Made by a program: the position numbers and the translations under genes
Assembly: GCA_964016885.1 (NCBI GenBank)
Contig: OZ024742.1
Location: 325,128,001 to 325,192,000 of the forward strand
Length of the DNA: 64,000 nucleotides
Reading direction: 5' to 3'
Origin: Eledone cirrhosa
Taxonomy: Eukaryota
Notes under the pieces: generated by a model
Told to the model about the DNA's origin: nothing
The model's input: only the letters and a program-made list of their open reading frames with translations
The model's database searches: none
In this document: piece after piece, positions 21,738 to 33,540 of the stretch
Numbering within the stretch: position 1 is the stretch's first letter
Layout of the letters: every line of letters starts with the position of its first letter

Positions 21738-24140
21738 ATGGATTATTACAACATAACCAATTCAACTAAAGACATTCCTATACCTGGTAAATCTGAATTC
21801 ACCAAACTTCTTATTGAAAAAACTGACTCCTTCGTAAGAAGACTTAGATGGACAGCCTATTTCTATGACCAGGGCCTAAAAGGGAACTTTCATACCAAAG
21901 AACACAACTTCCTCGATCATCTTTTTAATTCTAGATGAAATCCTCCTTCCAACAAAAATCTAGTACAATTCGAGGAAGAATTAACTAAAATAATAAAAAA
22001 TCTTAAATTCAAGAGATACCCTTACAAAGGACAAGAGCACCTTGTAAATCTCAAGAACACAATCTCTAACCTAAATTCTTCAAAAAATGTTTTAGTCCAC
22101 TCTGACAAAACCAATAACCTATATGGTATTTCCAAGGATAATTATAACAACCTTATCCTAAAGGAACTTAGGAAAAAGTATCGTAAAACCAACCATGAAA
22201 ATTTAGAATGCATAAACCTTGAAGCCTATGAGATTATGTCAAAACTTGGCATTGAAAAAAAGACCGAACCATTCCTCCCAAGAACTCCGAGGATAAATCT
22301 CAAGGATCACAAAAACAATTTTCGCACTGAACTACCTGTTAGATTAATCGCCCCCTCTAAATCTGATCTGGGGGTTGTTAGTAAAGCCATCTTGGATAGA
22401 ATTATCCCACAGGTTAGTTCTAATTGCTCTTCTTTGAACCTAAATTTATGGTTTGGTACTTCTGAAGTGATTGGCTGGTTCAACAAATTGGATAATAAAA
22501 ACAAACTAAAATTTATTCAATTTGATATTGCCAGCTACTATTCCTCCATTTCGCCTTCACTTCTCAATAATGCTCTATCTTTCGCACTTAAATATTCTGA
22601 CATCACCACAGATGAACTTCACATCATCCTCACCGCACGTAAAACCATCCTAGAGTTCAACAACGAATATTGGACCAGAGCCGATACCTCTAACAACTTC
22701 GACATCACAATGGGAGCATCCGATTCATCCCAATTGACTGATTTAATTGGTATCTTCATTTTGAACTCTTTGAGTCGGAAAATTCCTCAACTTCGCGATG
22801 GAATTTATCGTGACGATGGACTCTTTACTATCCTAAATTGCAATATAGTTAACCTTAATATTATTAAGAACAATATACGTAATCTCTTTAACCAACATAA
22901 CCTAAAAATTGAATTTGATAATAGTATCAAACTAGCTAATTTCTTGGATGTATCTCTTAATCTTGACACTGGCCTATATTACCCTTACCATAAAAACAAT
23001 GAGAACCTTAATTATGTTAACTTTAAATCTAACCATCCTACCAATATCAAGAATGCTATAGTTAATAATATTGGAAATAGAATATCTAACATATCTTCTA
23101 ATAAAAACATCTTTGATGCTAACGCCAATTACTATAATAACGCACTTTCTAAAGCCGGCTATCCAGATAAAATCAAATATAGTAAAGAAACAAATTCTAG
23201 AAAAACTTACAGTAGAATAATTAATCATGACCATTCCAATAATTTTAATAAAAGACCTAGATACAAAAACATAATCTGGTATAATGCTCCTTTCTCCATC
23301 TCTATTAATAACAATATTCCTAAATTATTTTTTAGTGCCTTAAATAAATGCTTCCCTCCCTCACATATCTATAGTAAAATATTTAACAAACACACCATCA
23401 AATTTTCGTATTCTACATCCTCCAATATTTCCAACATCATCTCTAAACACAACAATAAAATACTAAATACTAAATCTCTTCCTTCCAATATTGAATTTCA
23501 TAATAACAGTAATAGTACTCCCGACGTCATTGTAAACCCTAGGCTAACTTCTGTAAACCCAAATACAACGTCAAACACAACTTCGCTAAATGTTCATAAT
23601 CCAACTCTAAATCAAGAAACTATTATTCCTATTATTCCCATCGCAAACAACTTCTCCAATCCAATTCCTTCTATAGATAACACTAGATCACTCATTAATA
23701 ATCTCTCTAATTGCAACTGCCGCATTAAAAATAAATGTCCTCTCAACAACCATTGTCTCGATAAAAACTTAATTTATGAATGTAAAATTATAACTAGCAC
23801 CAATTCCTTCACCTATTTTGGCTCCACTTCCACCTCTTTTAAAGCTCGTCTCTATAATCATCATTCATCTTTCAAATACAAACTTAAAAGAACTAACACT
23901 GCTCTCTCAGAACTCATATGGTCCTTAAAAGACAAAAACATTAAATATACCATCTTTTGGAAGAAGATTTCTTCTGCATCCTCATACTTGAACAGCTCTC
24001 TATCTAAAATCTGTAATCTCTACCTAAATGAAAAATTTACCATTATCTCTAACCTAGATTCTATAATAAATAGACGCACATATTTGTTTTCTATCTGCCT
24101 GCATAAATTCCATAGAACTTTTCACAAAGTATACAGTTAA
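21738..24140 (+). pseudogene. PLE RT + C-terminal GIY-YIG ORF (~800 codons) with one in-frame TGA
   Basis: STKDIPIP...VRRLRWTAYF, SDKT, RLIAP, FDIASYY, ITMGA, IYRDDGL, FLDV, SNHP, CNCRIKNKCPLNNHC, IYEC...YFGST...FKARLYNH. ORFs 21678-21938 and 22236-24140 are in frame, and the only stop is TGA 21936-21938. Confidence 0.9.
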
Positions 24141-24654
24141 TATTCAATTCTTTATCAATTTAGAATCTTTTCTCAAAGGCACATATACATACACCTCTTT
24201 AAAATATACCCATCTACCTTACTTTAAAGGGCATTATACACTCTATAATACTTGTTTACTCATTACCCTCATTCTATCTTCACCTTATAAAATCATAACA
24301 TATACATTTGTTGTTTTGACATTAAGAATATTCATCCGCAATCATTATTATTTTTTCTCTCTATCATAAATCTTTTTAATCTCAATTTCATCCTTAATTT
24401 ATTATTATTTTTTTCTCCCCATCAACGGACTCATTATTAATACATATCAACTCTTTATTCGCATATATTATCAATTCCTTCAATATACAAACTTTAACTT
24501 CACATTATTTTTCTCAAATCCTTCTACACACAAACCTTAATAATTTTTCTCTTCGTTAATTTTGAAATTGCCACAATACATACATTTCTTTTTTTGACGT
24601 TAGAATATTCATCCACAATTATTATTTTTTTCTCTCTATCTTCATACATAATTT

Positions 24655-25068
24655 CCCTTCGTTAATTTTCAAATTCCTTTAATTTATACATTATCTTCCA
24701 ACGGTTCCCAACCTCTCTATGTTAAAACAATATATCTTTTTCTCAGTTATAAAAACTATCTCTTTCTCTCTATTACCCATCTCTCCCTCTCCACCTTCAC
24801 TCTCATCTCCTCCCCCTTTTTTTCATCCTTTCCACCCCCCCTCCCTAAATAAAATATTTTTTCCTCGCACATATCCTCCCTTCGTTAATTTTCAAAATTT
24901 TTAATTTATACATTATCTTCCAACGGTTTTCAACCTCTCTATGTAAAACAATATATCTCCTCTCAGTTATAAAAACTATCTCTTTCTCTCTATCACCCAT
25001 CTCTCCCTCTCATCCCCTTCCCTTTTCATCCTTTCCACCCCCCCCTCTCTAAATAAAATATTTTTCCC
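24655..25068. repeat. Tandem duplication (~223-bp period) in the PLE 3' UTR
   Basis: cccttcgttaattttcaaa...ttatcttccaacgg...aaataaaatattttt starts at 24655 and 24878. Confidence 0.88.
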
Positions 25069-25162
25069 AATATCACACATCAATCTAAAACCACTTTTCA
25101 TATGTTGATTTAAAACTGCACTATCCACAAGTGTTTTTTAGCCTTCATATCATGTTCTCCTG

Positions 25163-25229
25163 TTTTATCTGATGAAAACACAAATATTATTGCATGATGA
25201 TGTTTGTTTTTGAAATGCGCATAATAAAA
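25163..25229 (+). ncRNA. Type I hammerhead ribozyme of the PLE pseudo-LTR (intact core)
   Basis: ttttat-CTGATGA-aaac..gttttt-GAAA-tgcgca-TA-ataaaa. Palindromic stem III. Predicted cut after 25223. Confidence 0.88.
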
Positions 25230-25496
25230 TACATGGAACTCCTTTAACCATCTTTTGATCTTATATTATATATATATATGTATGTATATATCAAGGGCGG
25301 TGCCCTAGCATGGCCTGAACCGGGTGATGGCCTCCGCCGGATGGCTGGAACAGTGCTGCCTATAATTGTGTTCTCTCAAGCATAACACCTTGTTAACTCC
25401 TGACTCTCCACATGATGCCTATGATACTAACAACAATTATGTACCCCAAATCCTCTAAATGACTAGGATTTTAGTTACATGTTTCGACATTCCCTA

Positions 25497-25543
25497 TACT
25501 CCGATGAATCCAGCCGTCCCTCTGGAAGAAACAATTGTCAGTA
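25497..25543 (+). ncRNA. Type I hammerhead motif (U4C core) in a ~350-bp solo pseudo-LTR-like island
   Basis: tact-CCGATGA-atccag ccgtccct ctggaa-GAAA-caattg-TC-agta. Confidence 0.82.
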
Positions 25544-25806
25544 AATAAATGGTGTAAACTAAAATTTGATCGTTTTAACACTTTGTATCTTGGCTCTGTA
25601 AAACACTTGAAAACTTGCATTGAGCCTTTTGTCATACCGGTAACCGGCTAGTAGTTAGCACTACCCACCATATTTATAATTGTATTAAAAATATATAAAT
25701 ATAAATATTCTTATTACTTATTACTATATATATATAATATAGTATATAATACACACACACATACACACACAAACCACACACACACACATACACACACACA
25801 CGCACG

Positions 25807-25876
<70 letters not shown>

Positions 25877-27599
25877 TATATATATACATATATATCCACA
25901 TCTGCTGATGACAAACGGAAGTATACCAGCAGGATAGTATTAAACTCTTTTCATATCATTCCTAACACCATAATAAAACAGTCCTGGATAAATAAATGAA
26001 AAGATTATAAATAAAAAACCAACAATTTTCAACGGACTTACGAAACAAAAATCATTGACTGCTCTCTATGCTATGAGAACAACTTGCGTTGGTGTTAAGA
26101 ACTGAATGTAAACTATATTTGTGGTCGTTAAACGTATAAAATATATCACTGTCTCTAGTGATTTCTGATGTTCTCTTTTTGCATTTACTTCATCAGCTTT
26201 TTCTGTTGTTTTCTATTCATTTTTCTTTTCTTTTTATCTGTACCTTTTAAAATTGGGTGTTTCTTTGTATAAAAATACCATTATCTGACACTGAATTATG
26301 AAAGCGTTGTGGGACCTGATGCATTTGTGATTTAGATCTCAGCTCAGTGATATGACACTGAAAAAGATAAATTGTATATCATAGTACAATAGAGAATATG
26401 AAAGATTAGATTATTTATGGTTTATCATAACAGTTTTTATTATAGTGTAATATATCAGACTTTCTATATTTGATAGCTTGGCTGTCCGAAATGGGTAATA
26501 TGCTCTACGGTATTGGGGCATAATGGACGAATTATATTTCAGACTGCAGAGCGTTTGAGTACATGAATTATATTGATATTAGTGTTATAGTTTCTTTACT
26601 GAAAATAAAATGCATACAGAACACTCAAATAGGATTATTACAAACTAAAAAATGCACATATTTTATTAATGCAACGACAAAATCACTGCCAGAACATTTA
26701 TAAAGTGTAGTAAACAATACAGTTTCAGTATTTAAAAACTATTATCTCAAAGCCGTGATGCTTGGATAATGAGAATACTTGATGTTCGACAGAAGCATCT
26801 TTACGATAAACATTGATTCTAACTCATCTCTCACTTTTGAATCTATGTCTTACTCTGTTAAAACACCGTAACTGCTTGCTGTCTAAATTTAGTAAGGGAC
26901 TGGATGTTTGGAGAGGAGATGGGCAATGCCTAGCATGTTTCATCCCTCTAAATGACCATGGTATTTATAAATTAAAGCAGATTGCTTGCAAAGTGTGGCA
27001 TGGACTGGAAAAACATTCACCGTTTTCTCCATTTCCATTCTCTCATGTCGAGGCAACCAATGAGAAATTGGAACAAGGACAACAAAAACAATGATCTCCA
27101 AATAGACAATCATCAGCCATTTCAAAGGAAATACTGCCTTTGATACGTGAGACTGTACACTTGAGGAAGTATGGAAGAGTTTACACAGGAACGCGACAGA
27201 AACACATGGGGCAGCACGAGAAGGGCTGAAGTCAGATGGACTGAATTCGATAAAACAACTACGGACGAAGACACCAAACTGTGTGTTACATCGTCGACGA
27301 CTCCAAACATCAGCATGGAGTGAGCCTCGTCGTTAACAAACCCCATGTGAGCTCTGTCATCGACTGTACACGAGTATTCAGCAGAGGTTTTACCATGCAT
27401 GTCACTACATGGTCACTACATGGTCACTGAAATGCCAAGCAGACCCGGGTATGGATCCTAGAAATGAACAACCATAGACTACAACACCTCAAAGTTGCTA
27501 ACATTCACAAGCTGAATCTAGCCAACACTCTGCTCCAACATAGGACTCCATGAAGAAGAAAATGGTATGTACTCAATTGTAGGACTCAGAAAGACATTG

Positions 27600-28350
27600 C
27601 CTTCAACCTCAGAATTCATAAGTTCAAGCCTAGTTTCATTAAAGCCAGGAATAGGATCTTCCTTGGCTCGGATGCCAAAAGTGATATCCAAACAAACTCG
27701 CAGTTTACGGACGTGAATGCTATTATTAGAATATATTGTGTACATTTCGCAGACTTCACTGATTGAACATATCAAGGAAGCTTCTGTAGAAACAGCTCTA
27801 GAATTCCGTAGGAAAATATAACATAGGTTATTAATGACATCCTGTACCTCTATGATTTAAGGAACGTGGAAGTGTAGTCTCAAATAGCAATACAGAAAAA
27901 CCTCAGAGTGAATAAGAGAAGGAATAACTTGAGTGAAGCCAAAGACCTGTCGGTAACACAACAGTTTAGATATATCGAAGCTGGGATAAAAAAATGGCAA
28001 TATCAAAGCTGCGTGTGATATCTTCAAAATATTTACGAAATCAAAGGAACGCATCGCCATTGTCTTTGATATCGAAACAGATACACTCGTCAGACAGGAG
28101 ACTTCTATTATCAGAAAATGGTCTGAGTATCTCGAAGGCTTCTATAACAATGAATTCAGCTATGACACCAGTATCTTGCATAATTCTTCTAACAGTAATA
28201 GAGAAATTAAGTATATTCCAATTCACCAAGAGGTAATTGGAGACGCGGTACGCATGATCGATTACAGAAAGTCTCCAGGAGTGGGTAACATCCATCCGAG
28301 ATCTTCAAACCTTATCAAGACAGCGACAGGTACCTGTCAGTAGATACGTG
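27600..28350 (+). mobile_element. Highly decayed RTE-like LINE fragment
   Basis: Broken peptides resembling INDILYLYD and RKSPGVGNI.SE, from the linker before the RT domain. Many stops and frameshifts. Confidence 0.5.
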
Positions 28351-28601
28351 AAACGACGTAGGGGCCTAGACTCTAGGCCACTACGTCGTTTCACGTTTTA
28401 AAGGTTCTCAACGGGGGGAATATCTCTAGGGAGATAAAAGAAAAATGAATGAAATCGAAGAAAATGAAAATAAGGACAACTTCAACTTTGACAATAGTTA
28501 CAAGAACAACAGAAACGAGAAGAAAAAGAAGCAATGGTGATGAAAGGTGTGGGTGTATACCTATACATACATACAATCATACACACACATGCATACGTAC
28601 A

Positions 28602-28637
<36 letters not shown>

Positions 28638-29459
28638 TACACACAGACCGGCGTTGGTGTTTGATGAGGTTGAGAATCTGGTTAGCTTTTAGCCAGAACT
28701 GTGGTATTTAATCTCCCTAGGTAATAAAATCTGGAGACAAAATGCTCTCTTTCCCCAAAAACATCACTCACGTCAACATCCTTACACTCTTAAATATAAA
28801 TGCATGTATATATATATAAATGTATAAAAGCATAGCTATATACATAGGTAAATGTATGTATATATGTATGTATGTATGTATGTAGATTTATGTCTCATGG
28901 TCGGTTCGTTGGCGACTAAACTGGCAATCCCACCAAGGTTTCTTGGTGAGGAGGGTGACTTTGGACATCCTGCAGGACTAAAAACAAAACCTGTCAAAGG
29001 GCAAAGGAGCTCTTAAGAGTCAATGGCCATCCAAAATCACCGGGAGAGATGACCCCTTAGCCTTTGTCAAGGCAGAATTCTAGGAGATGGAAAACTCTAA
29101 TATAACACCTGCAACCCTGATGGTATCCAATGATGTTGACTTGTTCTTCTTTTTGGTAAATATCATCTGGGTTAAGAGAGTGGGACTGGCTTTGTGCAGT
29201 GCCTTTGCTCACTATAAAAGCTTCACGGCACAGGCATTGCTTTATATCTGGAGATCTCTCTGCACTTGTCGTCACATGGTACCATGGGTCCAGCACTATG
29301 TGTCAATAATTGTCACAAGTGTAGTGTTTGTACCAGAGTGTTCAAGTCGCTGGCTGGACTAAAAAGTAACACTTGTTCAGCGCATCGGTAGGGGTTCTCC
29401 TACATGGATATAAAGTAGTGGCCGTACTCGAAAACGAGTTGGCAGCCACCGTGTAGATT

Positions 29460-29491
<32 letters not shown>

Positions 29492-29735
29492 ACACACACA
29501 CAGACACACATATATATATATTGTTTTTTCAGTCTGGTCTAACTCTGGATAGAACTCAATGTAATCTTGTAAAATCCATAGAGAAGTTCTGTGTTTCGCT
29601 GAATTAATTCTTTAGATACAGAGTCAGATATTAGGTATTAAATTGTCAATAAAAATAAAAACAACAAAATAAAAACAAAGTTATAAAGTAATTTAACTTT
29701 GTTCTTTTTATTTTCATTGTTAATTTGATAACACG

Positions 29736-29772
<37 letters not shown>

Positions 29773-29774
29773 GC

Positions 29775-30032
29775 GCAGTGTCACAAGTAGCTTGCTTCCC
29801 AACCACATGTTTCCGGGTTCAGTCCCACTGCCCGGGTCGACCAAAACCCTGTGAGTGGATTTGATAGACCGAAACTAAAAGAAGCCCGTCGTATATATGT
29901 ATATATGTCTGTGTGTGTCTTTGCGTTTGTGTTTGCGCTCCCACCAATACTTGTTGGTTTGTTGACGTCCCCATAACTTACCAAGGTGATGCTCCAGCAT
30001 GGGCGTAGTCCAGAGACAGAAAAAAAGTAAAG
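29775..30032 (+). mobile_element. tRNA-derived SINE, family B (internally deleted)
   Basis: aagtagcttgcttcccaaccacatg..ccgggttcagtcccactgc...gtgagtggattt..gaaact.aaagaagcccgtcg, with tail gatgctccagcatgg. Resembles an octopus SINE as I recall it. Confidence 0.7.
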
Positions 30033-30089
30033 TGTATACATATATATATATATATATATGTGATTGTGTGTGTGTGTGTGTGTGTAGAA

Positions 30090-30482
30090 GAGGGGTCTCA
30101 AACTCAAGGACATAATAGGGCAATTACGTCCTGGAGGAGAGGCACAGTGGGCCAAACGTGGTGGTTGTGATGGTTTTCACCAGTTATAATCATTTCTACT
30201 ATAGGCACAAGGCATAAAATTTAGGGTTAAGGTTCCCGTCGATTACATCGATCCCAGTTCACAAATGGTACTTAATTTATCGACCCCAAAAGAATGAAAG
30301 GCAAAGTTGAGATCAGCGGAATTTGAACTCGGAACGTAAAAACGGAAGAACTACGGCTAAGCATTTCGCCAGATGTGCTAACGATTCTACCAGCTCACCG
30401 CCTTATTTCCACCAGTTATAATGCAATCTGAAATATTGGACCATAGAAAAGTAGTTCGCGGGCCGCATGTTTGAGCCCCCTG
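30090..30482. mobile_element. hAT/Charlie-like MITE interrupted by a SINE
   Basis: TIRs gaggggtctcaaac / gtttgagccccctg, with subterminal gcgggccgc. Confidence 0.7.
30191..30409 (-). mobile_element. SINE family A variant with 13-bp TSD
   Basis: Reverse-complement central domain. caccagttataat at 30178-30190 and 30410-30422. Confidence 0.9.
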
Positions 30483-30497
30483 TTGGAGAGATAGATA

Positions 30498-31825
30498 GAT
30501 ATGTTTCTTTTATTTGCCACTAGGGCATCAAAAGTGGGACAAGTACAAAGGGGGGAGTTTACACAAAAAGGCGTCCTCAATAAGGAGGAGGCAATAACAA
30601 AATATAAAAATAAAATAAGATATAACAAAAAATAAAATTTATAACAAAATCCTCAATAGAGAGAAGGCGCCTTGGGGGGTCGCACACACCCCCGAAAAAA
30701 GTGTGCAACCCTTCTCCTCAGGAACACAGAGAAGGGGTGCTCCCTTGGTCTTTCATCTTCCTCACCTATAGTCTGATGTAGAGTGAAGGCCCATTCACAC
30801 GGGCCATTCTCGCCACTTTCACCCATCTTTCATAGAAACGGCTGGGGTGCAGCACCTCTCTCTCCATCCTGATCCTTCTTCCGAAATGATAACGGAAGAA
30901 ACGGACCAGTTGTTGGCCAGAGAGAAAGGTGCCTGACCTCAGTCCTTTCAGACGCGTCCACCATACAACCTCTTTCGCCATGGCTATTACGCACAGAAAC
31001 ACCGCCTCTGCTTCATCTTTGAAGGGGGGAGGCGGCTTGATCATTACAATAGACTCGGTGGTCAACCGGATCGGTCCCACCCTTGACAGCAGTTGTTCGG
31101 CATAGCCCCACAGATCGGCTACGCCCGAGCAGTGTACCAATGCGTGTGCAACGGTTTCCTCGTCGCACACGCATCTGGGACAGATCTTTTTGGCGGGGTC
31201 CCTACCCGGGCGCCCGTGTCTGTAGAGCCTTTCTCGAACGGGTAAAGCCCCTCGGTAGCACTGCCAGGCCAGGGACTTCTGGAAGTTGTCCATAGGTCCC
31301 GGACTGAATGTCCTACCGAACAGGCTGGCCAGTTCGTCCTCCTCCATGTCTAGGGCTTCTCCGAGGGCGTCGTCGCACCTGCTGCGTACCAGCCCTCTAT
31401 AGAATGTTGCGGTGGAGTCTCCACTGATAACCGGATCCGCCTGCCAGAGGGCGGTGAGCGCCTGGGCACACTCAGTGTGCCAGGCGCCCAGTTTTCTCGG
31501 TCTTTGCTTGACCCAGGATTGCAGCTCGGTGAGTGAGACGAGTCTGGGAAAGGTTCGTCTCACAAACGAGGCCCACACCGGTTGTCCGGTGAGGAATACG
31601 TAGAGGTGCCGTAGCCTTAATGCGTGTTTACGCATCATTAGCCACGGCATCCCCAGCCCTCCTTTCGAAGGGTGTTGACAGCAGATGGATCTCCTCACCA
31701 TAGGAGCCCGCCTCTTCCAAAGGAATTGGAAGAGCGCGCGCTCCATCTTGGTGAGGGTTTCCCTTGGGCAGGGCACTACGGTCAGGCGGTAGTAGATGAC
31801 GGACGCTATGTAGGTGTTCGCCACC
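30498..31825 (-). mobile_element. 5'-truncated Tx1-like copy (diverged subfamily of the 8.4-14.1 kb element)
   Basis: Open frame collinear with the last ~350 aa of ORF2. 14-bp TSD tggagagatagata at 30484-30497 and 31826-31839, in (GATA)n context. Confidence 0.95.
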
Positions 31826-32639
31826 TGGAGAGATAGATATATAGATAGATAGACGTATACCAAACACACACACATTTCTTACTCTCTCTGTCTCTTTCTC
31901 TTTCTCTCTCTCTCTTGTGTGTGTGTATGGGGGGGGGGGGGTGTCTGTGTGTATCTATCTATGTATATATATAAGGGAAACAGATATTTTTTGCGCACTG
32001 TCACCAAACATCTCAAATTATTCGCTGCAACTAAGTTTTCTGATCGAGGCACTTTATTTTGCAAGGTACTATTTTTCCCTTCAGTTTGTGATTCAAGAAA
32101 AAGGTAAGACATTCTTCATATTTTACATCTTTTGTATTTTGACTTTACAGTTTGAATTGTAGAATTGTCTATCGACTCAAAATATTACAACAGCTAACAG
32201 TGAAATAAAGAATTTAAAAAAAAAAGCTTTTTCGACTGATATCAAATCTTTGAGAATATTCACGTCTATTTTTCAAAAATATATAATTTGAAATAGCTTG
32301 TTTTTGTTTTGGACTGAAACTTTTTGTATTTAATTCGTACGAGTATTTTTTAAAGATCTTTTTAAAGATTCTAACATAACTTGATTCGGCCCAGTAATCT
32401 AGTGATAGTAAAATCAGTAGTATATTGAAAAATGGAAAAATATGGTAGGGGGGCGTTTTGTGATTTTGAGGGGCAAAAGGGGCGTTTGGCCGAAATGAGT
32501 TGAGAAACTTTGGCCTAGAGCATGAAATAACGATTGATGATACCTATTCCCAAGATATGAAGCTTAAGCCTCTGACAGAATTACAGAACTATCAGTCTAA
32601 TTAAATTAGTTATTAAACTACTCCCGAGAGCTATGCAAA

Positions 32640-32810
32640 ACTGACTTAAAGAGACTACGGAGGAAATATCTACAGAAGAACAGGCAGGATACATTCCAGA
32701 AAGGCATAGTGTGGAACAGCTATTCAAGACCAGATTAGTAGCCGCGAAACATTTGCGACATCTGTCTAAAATGTGGTATTATTTCATCGACTTTCTCATA
32801 TCCTTTAATC
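32640..32810 (+). mobile_element. RTE-like RT fragment
   Basis: EEISTEEQAGYIPERHSVEQLFKTRLVAAKH...YYFIDF resembles EEQAGFR.GRS..EQIF...FIDF. Confidence 0.7.
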
Positions 32811-33409
32811 GCATTTTAAATTCGTATTTAAAACTAAGGATCGTATTTTAATAAATGTGTAGCTATATTAATATATAAACATTAAGCTGCATGCCACACA
32901 TATACCTGATAGAACCGAGTAATTATAATAAATTATTTGTATTTACAGAAAACATTCGTCAACAAACATATTTTACCTTAGGAAACAAAGCGTTTATACT
33001 TCTTTCCTACTATAATTCTGATAGACGTTTTCACCCACATTGCCTCTCTACTCACGCACATACATACACATACTATCTTTGGTGCACTTGGCACACCAAA
33101 CATACACACATAGACACTCACTTATACACATGCACCTACATACAGGCCTCAAAACAAATTACAAGTTCTCCCACGCCTAATTCATAAGTATTTCCGGCAT
33201 CGTTCTTCTAATTTATTCGATTTTCTTTCTATTGAAAGCCCTTGACTTTTGGACACCATTAATCACACGCTTCATTCTTAATAATACCACTTTTCTCTTT
33301 AGCGATTTACAGATTTACTTCTCCTCTACTTCATTCTACCCCGACAAAGTGAAAATGTCAGAAATAAAAATGTTTTTTCCTGTCTATCACGATGCAATAT
33401 ATTGGCAGT

Positions 33410-33540
33410 GAATGTGCGTCGCTTAGTGATTAGTATTTTCGTACCCCGATCGTAAGGCCATGAGTTCGTTATAGCCTTGAGAATAGTGCTAATATTCATA
33501 TTTCATAGTTTACTCAATTGGCATAAATGAGTTGTACTTA
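33410..33540 (+). mobile_element. Decayed tRNA-derived SINE, family C
   Basis: gcgtcgcttagtgattag (A box), gatcgtaagg..gagttcg (B box), actcaattggcataaatgagt. Related piece at 61759-61822. Confidence 0.5.

Larger units (their letters stand above)
21539..25269 (+). mobile_element. Penelope-like retroelement, Hydra-clade-like, inserted in (TA)n
   Basis: 33-bp terminal direct repeat aactcctttaaccatcttttgatcttatattat (21539-21571, 25237-25269), RT+GIY-YIG ORF, 3' hammerhead, (TA)n on both sides. Confidence 0.92.
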
